Origin: Stylophora pistillata
Lineage: Eukaryota
Direction: 5' to 3'
NCBI RefSeq assembly: GCF_002571385.2
Contig: NW_019217861.1
Coordinates: forward strand, 547,529-611,528
DNA: 64,000 bases
The position numbers and the translations under genes are program-made. The notes below the pieces were generated by a model. It worked only from the letters and a program-made list of their open reading frames with translations, did not search any database and was not told the origin of the DNA. How positions within the stretch are numbered: position 1 is the first letter of the stretch; every line of letters begins with the position of its first letter. Of this stretch, positions 1 through 10,092 are shown piece by piece.

Positions 1-108
1 TTTGAAGCACAAAGAGAGAAAGATCGGACTGAAAATAATAACGTCAATGATTTATGGCCTCTTGTTGCCGAAGAGGAGGACGACGAAGGAAAGGAGGAGT
101 CAGGCTAA
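1..108 (+). CDS. Possible 3' end of an upstream gene (acidic C-terminal peptide)
   Basis: Frame 1 is open from the window edge: FEAQREKDRTENNNVNDLWPLVAEEEDDEGKEESG*. A similar 'gagtcaggct...ccatac' motif recurs near 3940-3966. No homology recognised. Confidence 0.3.
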   Translation, partial: FEAQREKDRTENNNVNDLWPLVAEEEDDEGKEESG

Positions 109-577
109 ACCATCAAACCCACCATACACCCATTCCAGGTTACTGACACTGACATTATTACTTATAGCATGCAGGTTTAAATCGAGTTTTTTAATCAATC
201 AGTGTCACTGATAAACGGTCAGGTATGTGACACGGAAACTGCCGCGGAGAACGAGGGATTAAAAAAGGTGATATATACCATTTTGAAAATCCTCTTAGAA
301 GGAAACTTTTGGGCTTTAAAATGTTGGACTAAAGTCTTACCCAACAGGAGTATTTAATTCAATCAGAGAACACCACTGGTATCTAACTAAATCTTTCTAA
401 CGTTCGATTAATTTAGATTAATCTTTCGATCAATGATCTATAAATTTTAACTTCCAACGATGCCTCCAAGAATACCATGCATGCGTCAAAAACAGCTGCA
501 AGATTTGGGAGAGACAGAAAGAATGCTTACTCCAGTTTTATCGATGTCAAAATGAATACAAAAACTAACGATAAAAA

Positions 578-614
578 CCGACGTTTCGGTGTCATCACGA
601 CGCCATTGTCAAGG
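578..614 (-). ncRNA. Minimal type I hammerhead ribozyme (U3-A8 variant) in Penelope pLTR; further copies at 2641-2677 (-) and 3098-3134 (+)
   Basis: cc-TTGACAA-t-ggcgtc..gacacc-GAAA-CG-TC-gg: variant core, stem II, and palindromic ACGT stem III typical of Penelope-associated minimal hammerheads. Confidence 0.7.
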
Positions 615-680
615 AGAAATAAAAAATGAAGTTTGTGGCAAGGTGTAACACTAAATTAGCATAAATATGTTACGAGCTAA

Positions 681-1830
681 TTAAACAAATACTTTTGCGC
701 GAATTGAATCGCTTTGCACGTTCAGAGTGGGTTTTAAGTCTCTGATGAAAAGCATTTCGTTCACCAAACAATCGAACTTGTTACTACACTTTTTCAGAAT
801 GCTAAAACGTTTCAGTAGGTCTTTCGGGACTTCGCTGTGCCGTTCGTGGTAGTGTTTATATATTGAAGATGCCTTTCGTTTATGTCCATCCACGCGTGTG
901 TGTAAGTGTCCGCGTGTATAGCCCACATAACCCGCATCACACAGGTCACATTGAAATTGATAAACGACGCGTTGTTGGTTGACAATCTGTGGCTTGATTT
1001 CTCGTACTTTAAGATCTTGGCCAACTTTGCGGCTAACAAATACTGGCTGGACAGTTGTCTGCACCTTCATGCTAAGATTCTTGAGCTCTTTCTTAACATA
1101 ATTTGCTGATTCCTGATCTTTGAAAGGTATGACCACACGAACAATGGATATTGGTTCTTTGGGCGTCTGTGTGGGCTGCGTACCAACAATTCTTGATTGT
1201 AAGAAGGTGTTAATGGTAGAATTTACCAGGCGTTCCGGGTATTTAAGCCGTGCGAAAACTTTCTTTAGGCGATCACACTCATCAGAGAAATGGGCCCAGG
1301 AGGAAGATAATCGGTGTGCGCGATCCAGCATAGTTTTCAGCAAGCTCCGTTTGTAGCGATTGTCTACATGGCTTTGGTAGTGTAATAGTAGGCCCGTGTT
1401 TGTTGGTTTCACATATACCTTGGTTTCAATCCGAGGTGCATGGTTGAGTAGTTCGGTGCCAAGGAAAGGAAGCTTGCTGTTCTTCTCCACCTCCATGGTG
1501 AATTTGACCGAAGTGTGGGCGCTGTTGAGGGTATGCAAGAAGGTAGTTGCTGTTGCTAGATCAGGCATTACAGTGAGTGTATCATCAACATATCGACGAT
1601 AATAGGATGGGAGTTTTCTTTGTCGCTCAAGGGTATCTTCGATGGATGACATGAAGACGTTTGCTAATAAGGGCCCGAGAGGGGACCCCATAGCAACGCC
1701 ATCTGTCTGTTCGTATAGAGCTCCGTTAAATTGAAATAGTTGGCCTTTGGTGGCTACGTTTAGGAGGTCAATAAGATCTGTTCTGGTAAGGGCAAGATTG
1801 TGGGTAGTATTGAACCAATTGTTCGAAAAG
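681..1830 (-). CDS. Penelope-type reverse transcriptase + GIY-YIG endonuclease (C-terminal part; N-terminus at about 2503-2661 across the gap)
   Basis: RT motifs GVAMGSPLGP, RYVDDT and LPFLG; GIY-YIG motif VVYQFQCDLCDAGYVGYT; C-terminus KPTLNVQSDSIRAKVFV. Confidence 0.9.
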
Positions 1831-4761
1831 NNNNNNNNNNNNNNNNNNNNNNNNNNNNNNNNNNNNNNNNNNNNNNNNNNNNNNNNNNNNNNNNNNNNNN
1901 NNNNNNNNNNNNNNNNNNNNNNNNNNNNNNNNNNNNNNNNNNNNNNNNNNNNNNNNNNNNNNNNNNNNNNNNNNNNNNNNNNNNNNNNNNNNNNNNNNNN
2001 NNNNNNNNNNNNNNNNNNNNNNNNNNNNNNNNNNNNNNNNNNNNNNNNNNNNNNNNNNNNNNNNNNNNNNNNNNNNNNNNNNNNNNNNNNNNNNNNNNNN
2101 NNNNNNNNNNNNNNNNNNNNNNNNNNNNNNNNNNNNNNNNNNNNNNNNNNNNNNNNNNNNNNNNNNNNNNNNNNNNNNNNNNNNNNNNNNNNNNNNNNNN
2201 NNNNNNNNNNNNNNNNNNNNNNNNNNNNNNNNNNNNNNNNNNNNNNNNNNNNNNNNNNNNNNNNNNNNNNNNNNNNNNNNNNNNNNNNNNNNNNNNNNNN
2301 NNNNNNNNNNNNNNNNNNNNNNNNNNNNNNNNNNNNNNNNNNNNNNNNNNNNNNNNNNNNNNNNNNNNNNNNNNNNNNNNNNNNNNNNNNNNNNNNNNNN
2401 NNNNNNNNNNNNNNNNNNNNNNNNNNNNNNNNNNNNNNNNNNNNNNNNNNNNNNNNNNNNNNNNNNNNNNNNNNNNNNNNNNNNNNNNNNNNNNNNNNNN
2501 NNGATTGAGCCATCGCAGTTAATCTGTTTCTTGCTGCATTGTTCAAGTCTCCTGAACAAATGTAGCTGATTATCGCGTTTTAAGATTCTTATCAATAAAG
2601 ATTTAGAAATGCAAAGACTAGCAAAAACTAACGATAAAAACCGACGTTTCGGTGTCATCATGACGCCATTGTCAAGGAGAAATAAAAAATGAAGTTTGTG
2701 GCAAGGTGTAACACTAAATTAGCATAAATATGTTACGAGCTAATTAAACAAATACTTTTGCGCGAATTGAATCGCTTTGCACGTTCAGAGTGGGTTTTAA
2801 GTCTCTGATGAAAAGCATTTCGTTCACCAAACAATCGAACTTGTTACTACACTTTTTCAGAATGCTAAAACGTTTCAGTAGGTCTTTCGGGACTTCGCTG
2901 TGCCGTTCGTGGTAGTGAAAAAGTGTAGTAACAAGTTCGATTGTTTGGTGAACGAAATGCTTTTGATCAGAGACTTAAAACCCACTCTGAACGTGCAAAG
3001 CGATTCAATTCGCGCAAAAGTATTTGTTTAATTAGCTCGTAACATATTTATGCTAATTTAGTGTTACACCTTGCCACAAACTTCATTTTTTATTTCTCCT
3101 TGACAATGGCGTCATGATGACACCGAAACGTCGGTTTTTATCGTTAGTTTTTGCTAGTCTTTGCATTTCTAAATCTTTATTGATAAGAATCTTAAAATGA
3201 ATACACGGTTGGTAAATCTTTGCTCTTACAATTCGCTTATTGATGATTGACCTAGAGCAATGCTCGAACCAACTACACTATTACAGCCTAACTTTCATTG
3301 AGTAAATCTCAAGAGAATATATGTTACTATGCCTACTCTTGAAGCAAAAATTAAAGAAGGGAATAAAAAAAGTAACGAGAAGATCATACATGTACAATGG
3401 CAGTAAATTTTCGTTATCATTTTGTCATTTACATAGGCTTTCTTACATGTCTTAATATTCTTGTCGATTACAAACTATTTGGAATTCAGACTCTGTTTTA
3501 ATTCAAGTATCTCGACTTGTATTTATTTTTTTATTTATTCACGGTTGTTTGGTTGTTCGTAGGGAAAATGCTGGGACCTTTATAAAACGTCTACTTGCTA
3601 TAAACGTCTAGGACGCGATATGTGTCGTAAGAAGCTCATTCGATGCTATGGTTCTGACAATGGAGGAGCAGTTTGATTGCAACAGGGCAAATCATGCCTA
3701 TGGAATTATTGGGTGCCAGCTTACTGAAATGTTACAAAGTTCACTTGTTGCTAGTAATAAAAACCAGAAACTTCTCTGTTTTCCATGACCTACACCACAT
3801 TGGGGTTTCACAGTAATTAATTTCACTGGCATCTATTGCTAGCATCCTCTGGCTTACTCAGTTAAGGGCTTCTTATTAGATTCCAATCAACTGAGCAAAC
3901 TCGCTTTTTGAGATCTTACTATTTTGGTTTAGTCAAGAGGAAGAGTCAGGCTCAAGCCACCCATACTTAAGACATAGGGTTGAAAATGTTTCTTTGTGGC
4001 AATTCACACTCACAACCTCCTCATAAACACATTATTGATATTTAGGTTAAAAAAAAATTCGATGAAAACGCGTTCTCGTCACTGATAGGTCTAGAAATAC
4101 CCAAGAAATCATGTGACGCACCTACCGCCAAAGGTTGTAGTCATATTTTTGCCAATAATCATATAATTTTAATACTTTCATAGCGCTATTTTCCTATTTT
4201 AACTTTCGCAAAGGGTTTGATTTAGCAACCAAATACCAAAGAGATGTCATAAAATCACCTGCCGCAATATTTGGGCATCTTTTGTCACGGAGAAAAAACT
4301 GTTTGAAAAGGAACAGTAAAGAACTTCCACCCACCTTTTTTTTTCTCTCAGCTGATGTGGTTCTGTTTGTCTTTCGACTGCTAGTTTCTTTACCGCAAAG
4401 TTTAAGCTTGATGGCTGAAATTACAATAACAGAGAGTCGATGGCTCTGAAAGCTATTGTTTGCTGTCATGTTTTATCGCCGTGGTTCCGAAATGCCCAGC
4501 AAACAGGAACAGTGAGTCGGTGTTTCTGAGAACGTTTTCACATTACGATTTGTTTGAAGAGCTTCAATAAACGAGTCTTCTGATTCAATTGAAAACCAGC
4601 AAAAATTCTTTTGTTCAAAATGTTTGCAATCCACGAAAAAAGGTTTCAATAACTTCATTGTTCACACCTTAGCTTGACTAACCCGCTGAGTAAACTGTAA
4701 TTTTTACCGCAAAAGTCAATACCCCATTTGTTTTTTTTCTAAAACTAAAACAAAAAATAGA

Positions 4762-4770
4762 TATATAAAA
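4762..4770 (+). promoter_or_regulatory. TATA box of the secreted CX6C-repeat gene
   Basis: TATATAAAA about 80 nt upstream of the signal-peptide ATG at 4848. Confidence 0.55.
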
Positions 4771-4847
4771 GGGCACTGTTTTTCAAAGGTCCACCATAAC
4801 ACAAGCTAAGACTTTTAGAGGATTGCAAGGACACCTTTAGCTACACG

Positions 4848-7800
4848 ATGAACTCTTTTTTGGCATTGATACTCTTTGCCTCTTTCTTTGTTGGCCTTCA
4901 TGCCAATAATCTTAATGATTACCTTTTTGATGTTGAAGCAGACGATGAGATTCCTGATCGACACCCAATTGCGGTAAGCATGAGTTCACGCCCCGCAAAT
5001 TTTCTTCCTAAAGAGGCCAATGTTTAAAAATGCGAGAAAAAAAGTTATCTTGGTTGATTGCTGGTTTCGAATAAATCATATTCTATCTACCAAATTTCTC
5101 TTGCATAACCATTTTCTGCCTTTAAAAGCACAAACAACCCACAATTCCTCTATTCGCTCCGACGAAGGGCGCACGCTTGAAACGTCAGCTTTTATAACCG
5201 TAACGGTGGCCAATTTACCATTTCAACTTTGTTGATATATTCACATTATTTCGTTACCCCCACCGACGCAGCGCCAAACAGTTTCTTTAGAAACTATCAA
5301 CCTTTATTCTAATGTGTACAGTTAAGTGTAGAAAACGTCTCATTTGCCCTTTTTCGTTCTATTCTTTTCGGTCGTGTATCCCTCAATTTATTATTATCAT
5401 TATTACTATTGTTATAATCAAAACTATAGCAAAATTCTCGAACGTGATAATTATCTTAATCCTACTAATTGTCTTCTTTGTTTATGTTTAGCAATGCAGC
5501 ATCGATTTGTATGACTGCATCAGACTTGGAAACACGACCAAACTCGAATGTTTAAAAGATTACAAAACCTGCATGTCCGCGCTGATACCAACAGCCCCGC
5601 CACCATTTTTGGTAAGAATAAACCAGATGTAGCTTTAGTAAACGATTAAACGACATTGTACAACTATGATAGGGCACAGCTGGGGGGACTAAGATTTCCC
5701 ATGGGGTAGGTGATATTCTTCTATAGGAAAAGGCATTGGACAGATCACCTTCGCTCTTCTATATGAAAGACACCATTATGAGGCGAGAGTAGTTCCTCAG
5801 TCAACACACAATCAAAAACTAACGTTTGGTGAATTCTGTCCTTAATTAAAGGGAAGAAGAAGATACTTCAACGGCTCAAAGATCGATGATAATTTACATT
5901 TTGGCATATTTGCTATCAAAGGCAAAAGCGTAGTCGTTTCATTCCTTGATCATTGGCCGAGAGCCACTTTGGAGTTAGCTGAGCCATCTGCCAAACTTCC
6001 TCCCTAAACTTTGCCGTAGATAAAAACAAACTATTTAGCTAGTTAGTTCTTTATATATATTCTGAATTCATACTACTCCATTTTGTTTTTCTAATGATTA
6101 TAATCTGTATCACACACCTAGCAATGTAAAATCGATCTATGGAATTGTTTCAAAGAGGGAAACAAAGATAACATCGAATGTCTCAAAGATTATAAAACCT
6201 GCATTTCTGCGCTGATGCCGACAGTACCTCCATTTGTGGTAAGTATTAGCTTCTTGTCAGTTTGATAACAAACCTCCACGATCGATGACAGACGTGGCCG
6301 TAGCCGTGAGGATTCAAGGTTTTCTATGGTTACTGAGAACCAATAATCTGGGAAAACGTTATGTTTAACTATGAAACTGTTGTTCAAATGAAAGGGATAC
6401 TGAAAACACTTGAGGAGAAGAGAAAAACTAAAAGTTGCCATGTGTAATTTACATATTTTATCGCCATAACGTTCTTTTTGTCAGGAAACCTGTTTTAACA
6501 ACGCCACACAGTGTGTGAAAGATAAAAATACCTTAGCAATGAAACTAAGGTGTCTTAAGGACCTTCTCTTGTGTATCAAAAACGGAAAGCCCGAAAAAGT
6601 TGCTTTCGATGCGATCGAAGAAATGGGACAGATGGAAGACTCGAACGGTTTCCCGGTGAGTTTCTGTTCGATACTTCATGCTTAGTCTTGGGTCAATACA
6701 ATAGTTGATAACAATCTCGTGAACCAGTACAAATCACAGATAACAGGTATATAATTAGTCTTAAGGGTGTGACAAGGAGGTAAAGGGGGTTTCCTGGGGT
6801 GATTAATGGAAAATGCCCCTTCTTCTTTTATAGTTATGCACTACTTAATGTCCATGCAACAAAATTTTGGGTGATGCAACATGGTAGTCAGGTAGATACC
6901 CTAGGTACGATAGGGTGATAAGGTGTCCCCCCTCCCCTTTGAAAAATCCTTACCACGTCCATGATGATAAAGTTTAAGTTTTTACTTTTGGCTTTCTAGT
7001 CTCCAAACCCACGCCTCTAAGAATTTTCCTCAAGCTCCTTTGAGATATTAACTGCGTTGCAGTTCTGTATTTCCTCTTTTTTTAAACTTTACACAGAAAT
7101 GCCGAAGGGATTTTTTCCAGCTAATTACGGTGCCTGTATCGAGGCACTGGCACCAGTATATGTGGTGAGACTGAAGACAAGAGCATGATTTAAGCAATCG
7201 ATTTCAAAGTGCAATGTTTTCGAAACGAAGTAGGGAATTTGTTGCTTCAGCAGTCGTTTTCTCCCCTTCAGTTCACGATAAGGAGTGACCAATAAATGAA
7301 TCATTCTTACTGATATAACGAAAGAAAGACTTCAACTAGTGGATACAAATTTACACACGAAATTCGCAATTATTACGAAAGACAGAATGAAGATTTGAAA
7401 TTTAGATATTGGGTAGGCCTGTCGCGATGGTGCTCTTGAAATGCTGGAAAGTTGCTCACTGGAAGGCCAAAAAGTTGCTAAAATATTACCAAAAATCAAA
7501 AAAAGTGATCCCTAAATTTTAATAGTTGTTGCCTAAATGTCTTGACATTTCCCTAACATGCCAAATTTAAATGAATACCTTAGTCCAACGGAACAAAACC
7601 CGTCATTCATTTGTGTTCAAAAGGTTGATAAACATTTTAAGAAACTTGCATAAATCGTAGTTTTCATATGAATTTACAAACTTTTTCGTGCTTGATATGT
7701 GCTTTAAACATATAAGCACATTTTTCTCAAAAATTGTTTAGAAAGGCAAAAATTGCTGAAGGTTGCTAGAACTGCAAAAAGTTGCTCCAAATGCCGAGTG

Positions 7801-8180
7801 TTGCTCAAAAGTTTCCGAGCACAATCGTAACAGGCCCAACATGGGACCGAACATGTCGTGAATAGACTCCTCTACTAAAACTCAAAATCATACATCTTAG
7901 AACTGTTAAGATTTAAATTCAAAATACATCATTCTATATCCTGAAAGGGAACTAAGAAAAGGTCAGTTTTTATTCGTTTTATATTACTCATGTTGTTGTT
8001 GTCTTCTTTTTCTTTCTTCCGATTTGAATTTACAGGCTTGAGAGTGCTTTGGCGAGGCTAAGGAGTGTTTTGGTGGTGCTCGGACTCTTATAGAAAGGCT
8101 CAGCTGCGCTAAACAGCTCCGAAAATGTCTCAAAAATGGTGCGGCAACCACTTCTCTACCATTACCAACGGAAGAATGAT
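4848..8180 (+). CDS. Secreted cysteine-rich repeat protein (twin CX6C modules), copy 1; last two exons damaged
   Basis: GT-AG exons: 4848-4973 (signal peptide MNSFLALILFASFFVGLHA + acidic segment), 5492-5611 (QCSIDLYDCIRLGNTTKLECLKDYKTCM), 6122-6238, 6485-6655 (all phase 0), 7097-7164 (68 nt, internal deletion) and 8036-8180 (in-frame TGA at codon 2, then ECFGEAKEC...SCAKQLRKC...EE*). Confidence 0.8.
5075..5310 (+). mobile_element. Penelope 3' fragment with minimal hammerhead (5156-5189) in intron 1
   Basis: Close match to the 3' end of the Penelope at 60680-60870; gct-CCGACGA-a-gggc..gctt-GAAACGTC-agc. Confidence 0.75.
7414..7838. mobile_element. Degenerate MITE-like element
   Basis: Imperfect terminal inverted repeats (ggcctgtcgcgatggtgctc / gagcacaatcgtaacaggcc) and internal aagttgct subrepeats; no clear TSD. 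Confidence 0.4.
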
Positions 8181-8977
8181 TTGAATAGTGCTGGAAGTAG
8201 TGTTTTTAGATGTGCCTAACTAGAATAGAAATACAAGAACATTCGAAATATGAAGTTGTTTTGTTATTCACTTTTTATAGATTGTTTTTGAACCTTAATG
8301 CTCCTCAATACAATGCAAATATTATACTCGCAAATTCTCATTACACCACTCATTCATGGAGATGTTACCTGAAATGTCGCGAGCGACGAAAGCGATATTG
8401 GCGATGATTGAAAAAATGTCGTTAAAAGGACCCGCCACGTTCTTCGATAAGCTTTATAGTATATTCCGACGTTACCACATAGAAAGTATCTTAATTCTGA
8501 TCTGCTGAGGTTTAAGAATACCTCGTCCATGATCTTATAAATCACTCACCAATTCGCCCCAACATCTAGATTTGCAGGGAGACATTGGGGGTTGGGATTC
8601 TTTTCAAACCTAATGAAGTTACAGCTGACCATAATGCAAAAACATCAAGTAATAATAACGACGACGGAAGCGCTCACGTATAATGATCGAGTACTTCATT
8701 TGACACCGCGCTAGTAGCGATAACTGGCACGATGCATCGTGAAATTAGCTCTAAATTAATTGGGCATGGATACCCGCGATTAAGGAACACACTAACTTTC
8801 GACAGTGGATCACCTATGCTACCGACAAGAAGAAACGGCGTGAATGTGAATGTCCTTTATCAATTGTGCAATCTGTTACCATTTCGCTCCATTGATATTA
8901 GACGTACCAGAGATGGGATTCGAAACGTCGGGATTAGCATCAAAATTCACCATCGTTTCTTAACCAATGATACATTT

Positions 8978-9205
8978 AACCCTCAAAAAAGAAACAAAAA
9001 CTTTGATTTTAAATTTACAAGACATGTTTCGACATTCTCATGTCATCTTCAGTTGCAAATGAGCATTTAACGGTTGTACATTTGTAAATTTGCTCATTTG
9101 CAACTGAAGATGACATGGGAATGTCGAAACATGTCTTGTAAATTTAAACTCAAAGTTGTTGTTTCTTTCTTGAGAGTTATTGTCACTCTGCTGTCTTTAC
9201 GTCCT
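8978..9205. mobile_element. Palindromic Penelope-derived mini-insertion with two opposed hammerheads
   Basis: About 88-bp inverted arms; hammerheads at 9101-9138 (+) and 9018-9055 (-): caa-CTGAAGA-t-gacat..atgtc-GAAACATGTC-ttg. Flanked by the 12-bp direct repeat aatgatacattt (8966-8977, 9206-9217). Confidence 0.8.
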
Positions 9206-10092
9206 AATGATACATTTGCATCAAATCAATAATTCTCCCTTTTAGACTTCGAAGAGGAAAAAGAAGAACGAAGAAATAAATGAAAATCAAACGCGATTGA
9301 GAAGCGCATGAGAAGGCCATCTTTCAATGTACATGACATAACAACAGCTTGAAGCAACTGCAGATGATTCTTCGATCGAGGAAGGGGTGGGCCTGATGAG
9401 GTACTCCAGCCATAAATGAGCTCAAAACAAGGCAATTATCACGAGAACGAGAAGTATTCTCGATAAACTGAGATACTTTTTATTTAATTTCATATCAGCG
9501 AACAGGCCGGGCATGAGTTTCTTTCTGACTCTAACAATTCGTTTAAAAGATGACCCGATCACCACCCACTTCTGAAACAGTTGAAAATAATATCTGTACA
9601 CTTTACTCCGAAAATAACAGCCTTTCATGACAATCGCACTATTGCCTAGTTTAACTTGTATCTGCTATCTACAGTTAAAAAAATTGCTTTTGATCTTAAA
9701 AGCTAAAGATTATTTGATATGATTAAATACAGTAAGACGGTAGTTACCTAAAACAAGTAAGAATTTTCTTTCCTTTTGTGAGACAAGTTTTAGTGTGAGC
9801 TACATTCTGGGGTATGAAGCAGGAAATTTGTTTCCTTGTGGGCCATGTCGATTATTAAATTTAACAAATTCTTAAAAATCATGCTTTTTATATCGTGAAA
9901 TTTTGTTGGTTCTCAATCCTTATTCCTGTGTAATTTTAGTTTTACAAAACTGGAAATCTATCCCATGAAACTCTTCTCTCCTCGCAACTACAATGGACAG
10001 GTCTTGAAGAAAAACCAATGTTTTGGTGCGAAACATTTAACAACACATTTTAAGGTTCTCTATGATGCATATTTTTCGAATCCTTTTTATAG

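Larger units (their letters stand above)
561..3193 (-). mobile_element. Penelope-like retroelement with tandem and inverted pseudo-LTRs
   Basis: Contains an RT + GIY-YIG ORF. The 3' end (561-860) is repeated directly at about 2623-2917 and inverted at about 2918-3193. Flanked by the 12-bp direct repeat aaaatgaataca (549-560, 3194-3205). N-gap at 1831-2502. Confidence 0.92.

Noticed and set aside
1747-2522. Long ORFs spanning N-runs (also 28725-29334 and 58978-60212)
   Set aside because: Artefacts of translating assembly gaps as X.
8039-8041. In-frame TGA as selenocysteine
   Set aside because: Not at a conserved Cys position, no SECIS recognised, and neighbouring exons show ordinary decay.
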